NCBI GenBank assembly: GCA_003162935.1
Contig: PLUW01000120.1
Location: 16,396 to 80,395 of the forward strand
DNA length: 64,000 nucleotides
Origin: Acidobacteriaceae bacterium
Lineage (GTDB): Bacteria > Acidobacteriota > Terriglobia > Terriglobales > Acidobacteriaceae
Direction of reading: 5' to 3'
Part shown: piece after piece, positions 33,523-42,884 of the stretch
Position numbering within the stretch: the first letter of the stretch is position 1
How the letters are laid out: each line of letters opens with the position of its first letter
Made by a program: the position numbers and the translations under genes
Notes under the pieces: model-generated
Databases searched by the model: none
Seen by the model: the letters and a program-made list of their open reading frames with translations, nothing else
What the model was told of the DNA's origin: nothing

Positions 33523-36500
33523 TTGCTCAAACTTAAGAAACTGCAAATCCTGGGATTCAAGTCGTTCTGCGATCGCACGGAGCTCAAGTTCCACGGCGAA
33601 GGCATTGCCGCCATCATCGGCCCGAACGGCTGCGGCAAGTCGAATATCGCCGACGCCATCTCCTGGGTGCTCGGGGAGCAGTCGGCCAAGTCGCTGCGCG
33701 GCTCGCGCATGGAAGACGTAATTTTCTCCGGCACGCGCGACCGCAATCCCACGGGCATGGCGGAGGTCTGCCTCACGTTAATCGACCCCGAAATCTACGG
33801 CGGCCCGGACACGAACGCGCCGACCGAGATTGAGATTCAAGACGAACTGCCGACGCCGGGAATCCATGGCGACGAAAACTGGGATGAAGCGGAGATTCGC
33901 GCCCATGCCGCAGCCGAAACGGAGCGCGCGGTCGAGGAAGCTCAACCCGGAAAGACGGAGGAACTTGAAGGCGAGGCCGGAACCCAAGCCTCGGCCGAAG
34001 CTCCGAGCGGCGAGACACAAGCTACCGACGCCGCCGTGGCTGTGGCGGGGCCGCAGGTGGTTCTGAAGATACGGCGGCGCAAGTTCAACCAGCAGCAATA
34101 CCACGCGGGCACGATCTCCGTAACGCGCCGCTTGTTCCGCAGCGGCGACAGCGAATACCTGCTGAATGGAAAGCTCTGCCGCCTACGCGACATCCAGGAG
34201 CTTTTCATGGGCACCGGTCTCGGCCCCGAGTCCTATGCTCTCATCGAACAAGGACGTATCGGCCAGATATTGAGCAGCCGTCCGACGGATCGACGTTCCA
34301 TCATCGAAGAAGCGGCCGGCATCACGAAGTTCAAGACCAAGAAGCGCCTTGCCGAGGCGCGACTTGAAGACGCCAAAACGAACCTGAACCGCGTCAACGA
34401 TATTTTCGAAGAAGTCACGCGGCAGATGAACTCGCTCAAGCGCCAGGCGAGCAAGGCCGAACGCTACGCCAAGTTGCGCGATGAAATGCGCGCCAAGCTG
34501 CGCGTCGTCCTTGCCAGCAAGTTCACCCAGATGGATCGGGAAAACGTGACGCTCGATACGCAGATCCAGCAACTGGGCGAAGAGATTCGGTTGCAGACCG
34601 AGAGCGTGCAGCAGTCGGAAGCCGAGCACTCCGAGCGCACGCAGCGCGGATACGCCATCGAAACCGAGACACGGCAGAATCGCGAACGTCTGAACCAGAT
34701 TGCCATTGAAGGCGATCGCGGCAAGGCGCGGATCCGCACCAACGAAGAACGCTGCGCCGAGCTGATTGTGCGTACGGCGTCCGCAGAAGCAGAGCTGGCG
34801 CAAGCGCAAAACCGCGTCCTGGCGCTTGAGGAAGAGCGCGATGGTCACCAGCAAGTGCTCGACTCCGCGGCCACGGATCTTGCCACGGCCCAGGAAGAGT
34901 ACAACATCTGCCAGCAGGAAGCCGCGCACGCCGCCATCAATCTGGCGCTGCTGGAAGGCGAACAGGAATCGCATCGCGCGGCGATTCTCGAAGCCGTCGG
35001 TACCGCCTCGAGCCTGCGCAATCAGCTGACCCAGTCGGAAGAACGGCTGGCGGGAATCGGCCGTGAAGAGCAGCGGCTGCAAGCGGAAATCACAGCCGCC
35101 TCATCGCAATCGGAAGCCTTTGGCGGCCAGCGCGGCCAGATTGCGCTGGAATTCGAAAGCGTTTCGCATCGCGCCAACGGCTTGGCCGGTGAGATTGCGA
35201 GCCTCCGGGAAACGCTCGATACCAAGCGCTCTGCCGAAAACGAAACCAAGAAGCACCTCGATTCCATCCGTTCGGAATACGCCACGGCGCTCGGCAAGAA
35301 AGGGTCGCTCGAAGCGGTTATCGCCGAGCACGGCTATTCCACCGAGTCGGTGAGGCGTCTGTTTCAATCGGGAGCGATGAACGGCGGAAACACTCCCGCC
35401 GGAGTGCTTGCCGATTTCCTCGAAGTCGAGCCGCGCTATGAGCGCGTGGTCGAAGACTTTCTGCGCGACGAGTTGAATTTCGTTGTGGTCAAGTCGTGGG
35501 GCGCGGCCGATGAAGGACTGCGGCTGCTGCGGTCCAACGTCGATGGCCGTGCCACGTTCCTCGTGCATCCCGAAGACTCGCAGGCTAAGTTCTCGTTCGT
35601 CGCCGATGAGAGCCATCACTACGCTCCGCTCAACGACACGGTCCTTCCGCTGAAGAACTCGATTCGCGTGCTGAACGGATTCGGCAAGTCGCTGGAAGTG
35701 ATTCTGCCCAAGCTGGGCAACGGCTACATCGTCCAAGATCCGGCAGTGGCGCGCGAACTTGCGCTCTCCAGCCCCGACGCGTTCTTTCTCTCGCAGACGG
35801 GAGAATGCTTCCACAATGTGACGGTGACCGGAGGGAAGCAGCGCAGCGAAGGCCCGCTTTCGATGAAGCGCGAACTGCGCGACGTGCTGCGCCTGCTCGA
35901 AGAACTGGAGCGGGCACTGCGCGAGAAGGAAATTCTCGTGCTCACTTTGGGCCGCGAAATCAAGGAGCATACTTCCCTGCTCGACCGCCTCGAAGAGGAG
36001 AAGCGCGAGGCCGAGAAGCAGGCGATGACCTCCGGGCATTTGCTGCAGCAACTGGAAAGCGAAATGTCGCGCGTGCGCGAACGGATTGTCATTGGCGAGC
36101 GCGAACGGCAGCGGCTCGCGGCGGAACGGCAGGAGCAGGAAGGCCTGATTGCATCGCGCCAGATTGAGTTGACGACCATCGAGCAATCACGCGCCCAGTT
36201 TGAAACGCTGCTTGCCGCCGGGCACGACCGCCTGGCCGCGTTACGGAACCATCGCGACACGGCTGCGGAGACTACCTCGCAGCGCGCGGCTCGCGTGGCT
36301 ACGCTCGAAGAGCGGCACCGTTCGGCCACGACCCTGCTGGAGCGAATCGAAACGCTTGTCTCTGAGATGCGCGAGCGCGCCGGCGTTTTACAGGCGCAGA
36401 TGGAATCGGCGAGCGCCGAGATTGAGCAGCGGCAGAGCGAGAACGTGCAGCTGGCGGCGCAACTGGTCGACTTCGAAGCCGAGCGCAATGCAGGAGAAGC

Positions 36501-37398
36501 GCGGGAAGGCCTGCTGCAGCTTGAATCCGAGCAAGTGCGGGGGCGAATCGCAGAGATCGACGAACTGCTGAAGAACACGCGCCAGCAACTTGATCTGGCG
36601 CGCGACCGCCGCGGCGAATTGCAGGCCACGGCTGCCAAGCTGCAATCGGACCTACAGCATCTGGCCGACACTTGCCTGAACGAACTGGGCATCGAGCGCC
36701 CGATTCTAATGGCGGACACGACGATTTTGATGGTCACCGGCGATGAGCTTGCCGCCGAAGACCAGGCGCACCGCGAAATGCGCGCTCGCCTCGACGCCAT
36801 GGGCCCAGTCAACATGATGGCGCTCGAAGAGTACAAGGAAACGGCGGAGCGTCACGAGTTCCTCTCCACGCAGAGGAAAGACCTGCTTGACGCCATTGAA
36901 AACACCGCGGCCACGATCAAGGAAATCGATCAAGTCTCGCGGCAGAAATTCGAGGAGGCGTTCAACAAAATTAACGAGAACTTCCAGGCCACGTTCCGCA
37001 AACTCTTCGGCGGCGGACATGGCTTCATGCGGCTCACCGATCTCGAAAACAGCGCGGAGAGCGGCATTGACGTGGTGGCGTCGCCTCCCGGCAAGAAGCT
37101 GCAGAACGTGCTGCTGCTCTCCGGCGGCGAAAAGGCACTTACGGCGCTGGCGTTGCTGGTCGGCATCTTCCAGTACACGCCCAGCCCATTTTGCATTCTC
37201 GACGAAGTCGACGCTCCGCTCGATGAATCGAACATAGCGCGCTTCACCGAACTGGTGCGCGAGATGAGCGTGCAGACGCAGTTCATCCTGATCACGCACA
37301 GCAAGCGGACGATGAGCATTGCGCCCGTGCTTTATGGCGTGACTATGCAGGAGCCGGGGGTGTCGAAGTTGGTGTCAGTGCGGTTTGGGGCGGCGTAA
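33523..37398 (+). CDS. smc: chromosome segregation protein SMC
   Basis: LKLKKLQILGFKSF...IIGPNGCGKSNIADAI (Walker A), long coiled coils, a hinge, C-terminal LSGGEKALTALALL and ILDEVDAPLD. Start reset to TTG 33523 (GAAGGAG 5 nt upstream) in place of the ORF-track 33388. Confidence 0.9.
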   Translation: MLKLKKLQILGFKSFCDRTELKFHGEGIAAIIGPNGCGKSNIADAISWVLGEQSAKSLRGSRMEDVIFSGTRDRNPTGMAEVCLTLIDPEIYGGPDTNAPTEIEIQDELPTPGIHGDENWDEAEIRAHAAAETERAVEEAQPGKTEELEGEAGTQASAEAPSGETQATDAAVAVAGPQVVLKIRRRKFNQQQYHAGTISVTRRLFRSGDSEYLLNGKLCRLRDIQELFMGTGLGPESYALIEQGRIGQILSSRPTDRRSIIEEAAGITKFKTKKRLAEARLEDAKTNLNRVNDIFEEVTRQMNSLKRQASKAERYAKLRDEMRAKLRVVLASKFTQMDRENVTLDTQIQQLGEEIRLQTESVQQSEAEHSERTQRGYAIETETRQNRERLNQIAIEGDRGKARIRTNEERCAELIVRTASAEAELAQAQNRVLALEEERDGHQQVLDSAATDLATAQEEYNICQQEAAHAAINLALLEGEQESHRAAILEAVGTASSLRNQLTQSEERLAGIGREEQRLQAEITAASSQSEAFGGQRGQIALEFESVSHRANGLAGEIASLRETLDTKRSAENETKKHLDSIRSEYATALGKKGSLEAVIAEHGYSTESVRRLFQSGAMNGGNTPAGVLADFLEVEPRYERVVEDFLRDELNFVVVKSWGAADEGLRLLRSNVDGRATFLVHPEDSQAKFSFVADESHHYAPLNDTVLPLKNSIRVLNGFGKSLEVILPKLGNGYIVQDPAVARELALSSPDAFFLSQTGECFHNVTVTGGKQRSEGPLSMKRELRDVLRLLEELERALREKEILVLTLGREIKEHTSLLDRLEEEKREAEKQAMTSGHLLQQLESEMSRVRERIVIGERERQRLAAERQEQEGLIASRQIELTTIEQSRAQFETLLAAGHDRLAALRNHRDTAAETTSQRAARVATLEERHRSATTLLERIETLVSEMRERAGVLQAQMESASAEIEQRQSENVQLAAQLVDFEAERNAGEAREGLLQLESEQVRGRIAEIDELLKNTRQQLDLARDRRGELQATAAKLQSDLQHLADTCLNELGIERPILMADTTILMVTGDELAAEDQAHREMRARLDAMGPVNMMALEEYKETAERHEFLSTQRKDLLDAIENTAATIKEIDQVSRQKFEEAFNKINENFQATFRKLFGGGHGFMRLTDLENSAESGIDVVASPPGKKLQNVLLLSGGEKALTALALLVGIFQYTPSPFCILDEVDAPLDESNIARFTELVREMSVQTQFILITHSKRTMSIAPVLYGVTMQEPGVSKLVSVRFGAA

Positions 37399-37402
37399 AC
37401 GA

Positions 37403-37579
37403 ATGTCTCTCTCTGAAGAGGAAGCTCGCGGATTAGACGATCTGGAACGGTGGCAAATTGAAGAAATCAAGAAGGGCTTAGAAGAGGCCGATCGAGGGGA
37501 GTTTGCCAGCGACGAGGAAGTCCAGCAGACGCTGAAACGATTGATGCGCGTGCGTCCCACAGGCAATAGATGTGCGTAG
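37403..37579 (+). CDS. small antitoxin-like protein (ParD-type C-terminal region, no obvious RHH)
   Basis: MSLSEEEARGLDDLERWQIEEIKKGLEEADRGEFASDEEV resembles the C-terminal part of ParD/CC2985-type antitoxins. It overlaps the next ORF by 8 nt (GTGCGTAG). Confidence 0.35.
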   Translation: MSLSEEEARGLDDLERWQIEEIKKGLEEADRGEFASDEEVQQTLKRLMRVRPTGNRCA

Positions 37580-37925
37580 CACCGCGCTATTCTTGGTCGC
37601 GTGCATTCTCGTCATTGTGCTATTTGCCTTTTTGCATCGAGGCCCGGGAGAAGGGGAGTGGCCAATAGTCAACGGAACCATCCAGGATACAAGAATCGTC
37701 GCAGACCACGCACTTCAGACGAAATGGGGCGGGCAGATAACCTGGAGGGCGGAATACAAGGTAGCTTATTCCGTCGCGGGTCGTGAATATGTGGCCTGGG
37801 CAGACTCCGGCATCCGAGACGAAAGCGAAGATGGCGTTCGGTTGGCCTTGCCACGATCACGCCCCTCATGTTGGGTGCGGTACAACGTCAAGAAGCCCGA
37901 AGCGTCGATGGCAGGTTGCCGCTGA
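37572..37925 (+). CDS. membrane-anchored DUF3592-like protein
   Basis: N-terminal TM ALFLVACILVIVLFAFL, then a beta-rich domain (GTIQDTRIV...WRAEYKVAYSVAGREY...VRYNVKKPE) in the DUF3592 style. GTG start. Confidence 0.45.
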   Translation: MRSTALFLVACILVIVLFAFLHRGPGEGEWPIVNGTIQDTRIVADHALQTKWGGQITWRAEYKVAYSVAGREYVAWADSGIRDESEDGVRLALPRSRPSCWVRYNVKKPEASMAGCR

Positions 37926-38167
37926 CGTCGTTCTGACTGAGTGGCTTCCTAAGGTATAACTTCGGAAAATTGCGTTGACAGGTCGGCAGCTTTTTGCTTT
38001 CTCCAGCGCCGAAACGGGGGCCTCTTTTTCCAGAGCCTTCCTCAGTTTTTCCACATCGTCGTGCCTCGACAACCAGCGCCGGACAAGGCTTCTCCCGTAC
38101 ACTAAAAGTGTCAACTCTTTTCCGCGCAATGGCGAACGGGTCAAACTGACGCCTGTGATTGAAAGCG

Positions 38168-38195
38168 TTGACAAATTCTTCGCGCCAGCTAGAAT
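38168..38195 (+). promoter_or_regulatory. near-consensus sigma70 promoter for purC
   Basis: TTGACA (38168-73), 16 nt spacer, TAGAAT (38190-95), about 30 nt upstream of the purC ATG. Confidence 0.55.
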
Positions 38196-38224
38196 GGCGA
38201 ATCTCATTACTGGTGACTTTGACT

Positions 38225-39136
38225 ATGAGCCCCCAAATTCTCGATCCCGTCCTCCTGCGAACGGACTACTCCGAACTTGAACTGCACGCGAGCGGAAAAG
38301 TCCGCGACGTCTACAACCTCGACGCCGACCACCTGCTCTTCGTGGCCACCGACCGCATTTCCGCGTTCGACTACGTGCTGGCGACCGGCATTCCGCACAA
38401 GGGCCGCGTTCTGACCCAGATTTCGCTGTTCTGGTTCGACTTTCTCGAGGACATCGTTCCCAACCATTTCGTCACCGCCGATGTGAACCGTTATCCGGCG
38501 GCGATTCGCAGCCATGCCGTTGAACTGCGCGGGCGCTCGATGATGGTGATGCGCGCCGAGATGTTTCCGGTGGAGTGCGTGGCGCGCGGCTACTTGTCCG
38601 GGTCGGGATGGAAGGAATACAAAGCGAGCGGCTCTGTCTGCGGCATCCAACTTCCGCCGGGGCTAAAAGAATCCGACCAACTGCCGGAACCGATTTTCAC
38701 TCCGGCGACCAAAGCTACGACCGGGCACGATATCAACATTTCGTTCGAAGAAATGTGCAAGGTCATCGATCCCGAATTGAGCCGCCAACTGCGCGATATC
38801 ACCTTGCGCATTTACAAGAAGGCCGCCGACTATGCGCGGCAGCGCGGCATCATCATTGCCGATACCAAGTTTGAATTTGGACAGACCGCCAAAGGCGTCA
38901 CGCTGGCGGATGAAGTGCTTACACCGGATTCCTCTCGCTTCTGGCCAGCCGACACGTATCAGCCGGGCAAGGCGCAGGATTCCTATGACAAGCAGTATGT
39001 ACGGGATTACCTCGAAGAAATTCGCTGGAACAAACAACCGCCCGCGCCTGCCCTTCCCCAGGAAGTTGCGCTGCGGACGAGTGAAAAGTACCTCGGGGCG
39101 TATCGTCAGTTGACGGGACGCGAGTTGGAGATTTAG
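38225..39136 (+). CDS. purC: phosphoribosylaminoimidazole-succinocarboxamide synthase
   Basis: GKVRDVY...LLFVATDRISAFDYVL...IIADTKFEFG are SAICAR synthase signatures. Start at ATG 38225. Confidence 0.9.
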   Translation: MSPQILDPVLLRTDYSELELHASGKVRDVYNLDADHLLFVATDRISAFDYVLATGIPHKGRVLTQISLFWFDFLEDIVPNHFVTADVNRYPAAIRSHAVELRGRSMMVMRAEMFPVECVARGYLSGSGWKEYKASGSVCGIQLPPGLKESDQLPEPIFTPATKATTGHDINISFEEMCKVIDPELSRQLRDITLRIYKKAADYARQRGIIIADTKFEFGQTAKGVTLADEVLTPDSSRFWPADTYQPGKAQDSYDKQYVRDYLEEIRWNKQPPAPALPQEVALRTSEKYLGAYRQLTGRELEI

Positions 39137-39159
39137 TCCGCAGCGTGAGCTTGGCTTAG

Positions 39160-39717
39160 ATGAACATTGCGGACTGGATCATCGTCGCATTTCTGGTGTT
39201 CTCCGTGACCGCGGCCGCCATCGAAGGTTTTTTTCATGAAGCCTTCAAGCTGGCGGGCCTGGTCGTGGGGTACATCCTGGCCGCCTGGCAGTATCAGCGC
39301 CTGGCGGACTGGTTCGCGCCGCATTTGAAATCGCCGTGGGTGGGCGAGATTGCCGGTTTTCTGATTATTTTTTTCGCGGTCCTGATCGTGGCCGGCCTCG
39401 CTGGAAGGATCGCGCGCTGGGCCATGAAGAAGGCCGGTCTGAGTGCGATTGACCGGTTTCTGGGAGCGGTACTCGGTTTATTGAAGGGCGTTTTGGTGGT
39501 GGCCGTAGTGCTCACTGCCATGACCGCGTTCGAGCCCGCGGCGAAGTGGCTGGCGGGTTCGCAGTTGGCTCCATATTTCCTGGTGGGCGGAAGGGCAGCA
39601 GTCTGGCTCGCACCGTCGGAATTGCGCCACCGCTTCTACCAGGGCCTGGATTCGATGCGGCAAATGCGTTCGGCAGCGGGCGCAATGCGGCCGCAATCGT
39701 CCGGGTCGCAAAAGTAG
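39160..39717 (+). CDS. cvpA: CvpA family membrane protein (colicin V production protein homologue)
   Basis: MNIADWIIVAFLVFSV...GFFHEAFKLAGLVVGYILA...IDRFLGAVLGLLKG, with four TM segments. The purC-cvpA proximity is typical. Confidence 0.8.
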   Translation: MNIADWIIVAFLVFSVTAAAIEGFFHEAFKLAGLVVGYILAAWQYQRLADWFAPHLKSPWVGEIAGFLIIFFAVLIVAGLAGRIARWAMKKAGLSAIDRFLGAVLGLLKGVLVVAVVLTAMTAFEPAAKWLAGSQLAPYFLVGGRAAVWLAPSELRHRFYQGLDSMRQMRSAAGAMRPQSSGSQK

Positions 39718-39752
39718 TCCCTGGGTGTATAAGGTGCGGAAACGAGGCAGAA

Positions 39753-40031
39753 GTGAAGGATCAACTGGAAGCACTCATACTTCAGATGTACAAAAGCAAT
39801 ATTCTCTATTCCGAAGCGGTGCGCGAGTTCAAGAAGCGCTTCATCATCACGGTGCTCGAAGAAAGTCGCGGCAATCAGTGCAAGGCGGCGCGGCAATTGG
39901 GAATGCACCGGAACACCCTGAGCCGGACCATGCAGGAACTCAAGATCGATGTGCGTCCGTTGCGCGCCGGCACCAGGCGTCCGCCACGCAGCGCGCGTCC
40001 GGTTACGCTGGAGCGAAAGCAAGCGCGGTGA
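39753..40031 (+). CDS. Fis-family helix-turn-helix DNA-binding protein
   Basis: REFKKRFIITVLEESRGNQCKAARQLGMHRNTLSRTMQELKI is an HTH_8/Fis-type motif. GTG 39753 has GAGG 5 nt upstream; ATG 39786 is an alternative start. Confidence 0.7.
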   Translation: MKDQLEALILQMYKSNILYSEAVREFKKRFIITVLEESRGNQCKAARQLGMHRNTLSRTMQELKIDVRPLRAGTRRPPRSARPVTLERKQAR

Positions 40032-40037
40032 AGCAGG

Positions 40038-40065
40038 TGCCAGGTCTCAGGTGTTAGGTCTCAGG
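40038..40065 (+). repeat. GTCTCAGG-type repeat, 7 nt after the Fis-family stop codon
   Basis: gtgccagg-tctcagg-tgtta-ggtctcagg uses the same building blocks as 32011-32038, and both are followed by an A-run (aaag at 32039, aaaag at 40066). Confidence 0.8.
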
Positions 40066-40071
40066 AAAAGC

Positions 40072-40108
40072 AAAAAATAGGGCGTCCCGACCGGGACGCC
40101 CTATTTTC
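40072..40108. terminator. bidirectional rho-independent terminator between convergent genes
   Basis: aaaaaa-atagggcgtccc-gacc-gggacgccctat-tttt: a perfect 12-bp stem flanked by an A-run and a T-run. Confidence 0.8.
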
Positions 40109-40167
40109 TGTGGAGACTAAGTTATTTTCCCTGATACTTGAGACCCGACACCGGAGACCTTCGTCTC

Positions 40168-41490
40168 TCACTGTGCCTTCTTGTGACCCGCTCCGGGCTT
40201 CGGCGCCGCTTTCTGCACCAGCAAAGCTCCGTCGTTCATGGTCATCACAAACGGCTTTGCCGTGTAGGAGACCGGCGTTCCTTCAAACTGGAAATCCGTA
40301 TCTTCTTTCGGCATATCCTTCTTCGGGATCGCTGCTGCCATGGTCAGATCGATATCCGCCCGCTTGGCATCGATGTCGTCCGAACTGCCCGCCAAGGTCA
40401 ACTTTGTCGCCTTGCCGGAGGCGTCGAGGCTGATGATGTGCGCCACCATCTGCAATGGTTTCCCCTTGAGCGCGGTCCATACCTTTTCCGCATCTTCGGG
40501 AGTGCCTTCGGAAAGAACCATCTGCCACTCCGCAAAACTCATCTCTTCGACTTTCTTGCTCTTGACAAGCTCCGCGGCCTGTTGGGCCGGAGTCGGCGGC
40601 ACGTACTTGGCAATGGCGAAATCGGCCGGGGGCGTGGGAGACGCAGCCGCCTTGGCCAGCACGTCGTTCCATCCATCGTCGCTCCCATGGTATTTGGTGT
40701 ACTTGCTCTTGCCGAATTGTGCGATCTTGGCTTTGCCGGCGGCATCCTTCTGCAAGCTCGAAGCGCGAGCGATGTAAAAAAGTCCCTCGGCATCGTTTTC
40801 CGCCGGTCCCGCCGCCAAATCAGCAAGCCCCAGGTAATAGACCTTGGTCAGGTCGGTTGGGTCCCCTTCCACCGCGGCCCTGAGAAACTGTTCGGCTTTT
40901 CCGTAATCCTTCGCGGAGTAAGCGCTCATGCCGGCCGCGTTATTGAAGATTCCGGTCGTCTGCGATTTCAGTTTCTGCCAGTCCGCATCCGACGTGCCCT
41001 CCGGCTTGCTCGCCGTCTGCAAACACTGCAAGCCCTTTTCGCTGGTCTGGCCGGCTTCGGTAAGACTCTGCTGCGCGTTCGGGCCTGTCGCCATCGCCTG
41101 CTTGGAGTACGCCACCAAGGCCAACGCGCGGATGTTGCACGGGTTCGCCTGCAGCACCTTCTGCGCCGTGTCAAACATCTTGGCGCTATTGTTGGTTTGC
41201 TGGTAGGCGATCATCAAAAGTTCGAGCGCGTCTTCTTTCATCACGCTGTTGGGATATTGCGTCAGAAACGCTTCTAGGCCGCTGACCTTGGCGGCAGCGT
41301 CCGATTGCTGCACCGCGCCCACGTAGGCGTTATATTCCGCCGGGTCTTTGATCTCTTTTTTCTGGGGCGCGACGGGAACCGGCGCGGCGCCTTGCGGCAC
41401 GGGCGCGGCACCTTGCGGAACTGGCGCGGGTGCGGTCTGAGCGACGGCGCTAACGGCTATCAGCAACATCGCGAAAGCAATCTTCTTCAT
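40168..41490 (-). CDS. secreted TPR-like hypothetical protein
   Basis: Signal peptide MKKIAFAMLLIAVSAVAQT, a PVPQGAA tandem repeat, and helical-repeat segments (EDALELLMIAYQQTNN..., KDYGKAEQFLRAAVE...). Confidence 0.6.
   Translation of the reverse strand: MKKIAFAMLLIAVSAVAQTAPAPVPQGAAPVPQGAAPVPVAPQKKEIKDPAEYNAYVGAVQQSDAAAKVSGLEAFLTQYPNSVMKEDALELLMIAYQQTNNSAKMFDTAQKVLQANPCNIRALALVAYSKQAMATGPNAQQSLTEAGQTSEKGLQCLQTASKPEGTSDADWQKLKSQTTGIFNNAAGMSAYSAKDYGKAEQFLRAAVEGDPTDLTKVYYLGLADLAAGPAENDAEGLFYIARASSLQKDAAGKAKIAQFGKSKYTKYHGSDDGWNDVLAKAAASPTPPADFAIAKYVPPTPAQQAAELVKSKKVEEMSFAEWQMVLSEGTPEDAEKVWTALKGKPLQMVAHIISLDASGKATKLTLAGSSDDIDAKRADIDLTMAAAIPKKDMPKEDTDFQFEGTPVSYTAKPFVMTMNDGALLVQKAAPKPGAGHKKAQ
41380..41442. 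repeat. in-frame 21-nt tandem repeat (2 good copies plus 1 degenerate) within the TPR-like gene
   Basis: ggcgcggcgccttgcggcacg / ggcgcggcaccttgcggaact / ggcgcgggtgcggtctgagcg. It encodes APVPQGAAPVPQGAAPVP. Confidence 0.85.
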
Positions 41491-41920
41491 TTCCTGTGGC
41501 TCCTTCACTCTTCGGGGAAGCTGGAATATATATCTCGCCCTATTTTCGTCAGTCGTTGGTGTCGGGCCGGCACCAGAAACTCGTCCCGCACTGATACGCG
41601 CACGGGTCGGAATACGATGGGCCGACTATCGATGCGCGCGCGGCCTGAAATTATTCCGGTGAGCGGATTATAAGGATGTACCCCCGCTAAGGCAAGCGGC
41701 TTGCGCTTCACCCTCCTTCGTCCGCCCTTCCGCGGGGGATTTTCGCGTACTTTGCTTCACAAACTTGCCCGAAACTTTCATTCGATTGGTTACGCGGAAC
41801 CGCAGAACCAGTTTCTCACTCGTTAGTGCAGAAGCGTTTTGACGCTGCCTCGGTTACATGTAAACTGGCACGATTCGAGGGGCGCGACACGGGACCTCGA
41901 AAACAAAAACTGGAGGAATT

Positions 41921-42751
41921 ATGCTGCCGAAGGGATTGGGAATTTTGGTTTTCTTGGGGCTGGCTACGATCCCTGCGCTGGCTCAGGTATCGATCTCGCC
42001 GATGGCATCGAAAACGGCATCTGTGCGACCCGCGTTTCAGCACGCGCCCATGAAATTTCACTTGGTTCGCCCCGACGGCTCCGTCGAGAGCGCCAACTGG
42101 AGCGGCTACGCCGTCACCGGTTCCGATTTCACCAATGCCACCGGTTCGTGGACTGTTTCCGCGGTCAACTGCACCAAGACCCCGGACACCTACTCCGCGT
42201 TCTGGGTGGGTATCGACGGATACTCCTCCGACACCGTAGAGCAGACGGGAACCATTGGATGGTGTAATGGCAAGAAGGCTGAGTACTACGCCTGGTATGA
42301 ATTTTACCCGGCAGGCTCGGTGGAGATCTCCAGCGTGCCGGTAGTGCCTGGCGACCAGATCTCGGCAGAAATCAGTTTCAGCGACAAGGAGTTCACGACC
42401 ACAATCACGAACGTAACCACGGGAAAAACCTACAGCAAGACTGAAACGGTTTCCGGGGCGACACGGTCATCGGCCGAGTGGATTGCTGAAGCACCATGCT
42501 GCACGAGTAAGGGGTACTTCCTGCCTCTTTCCGACTTCGGCACAGGCTCTTTTGGCTTGGACTACACGTCTGTGAGCGACACCAACTACGCGACCGATTC
42601 GGGTAAAAAGGGGATCTCGGGAGCGATCGGCGCTTTCGGAACCAAGTCGCAGAAGATCACCATGATCAACGCCTCCAGCGTAGATGAAGCAGTCCCATCG
42701 GCCATCTCGTCCGACGGCTCAAGCTTCCAGGTGGTTTGGAAGTCTAAGTAA
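41921..42751 (+). CDS. secreted glutamic peptidase, family G1 (eqolisin / scytalidoglutamic peptidase-like)
   Basis: Signal peptide, then NWSGYAV, SAFWVGIDG, VEQTG (catalytic Gln), YYAWYEFYP, SAEWIAEAP (catalytic Glu), LSDFGTGSF. The order and wording match the G1 signature blocks as I remember them from scytalidoglutamic and aspergilloglutamic peptidases. Confidence 0.8.
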   Translation: MLPKGLGILVFLGLATIPALAQVSISPMASKTASVRPAFQHAPMKFHLVRPDGSVESANWSGYAVTGSDFTNATGSWTVSAVNCTKTPDTYSAFWVGIDGYSSDTVEQTGTIGWCNGKKAEYYAWYEFYPAGSVEISSVPVVPGDQISAEISFSDKEFTTTITNVTTGKTYSKTETVSGATRSSAEWIAEAPCCTSKGYFLPLSDFGTGSFGLDYTSVSDTNYATDSGKKGISGAIGAFGTKSQKITMINASSVDEAVPSAISSDGSSFQVVWKSK

Positions 42752-42778
42752 CCCCAATAGCGCTTCGGCCGCGCAGTT

Positions 42779-42812
42779 GGCCTTCTAGCGGGTTTGCACC
42801 CGCTGGAAGGCC
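42779..42812. terminator. extended hairpin between convergent genes (no U-tract)
   Basis: ggccttc-t-agcgggt-ttgc-acccgct-g-gaaggcc forms 7+7 bp. Confidence 0.35.
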
Positions 42813-42884
42813 GGGGCAATACAAGAACTTCCCCCCAACAGCTTGGGTTTGTCTCGCAGAAGACGCCCCACCCGGGACCCGCGT

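Noticed and set aside
37866-38207. 113-aa minus-strand ORF between the DUF3592-like gene and purC
   Set aside because: It overlaps the 3' end of the DUF3592-like gene in antisense and covers the near-consensus purC promoter. It has no SD and no recognisable motif. A shorter real peptide cannot be excluded.
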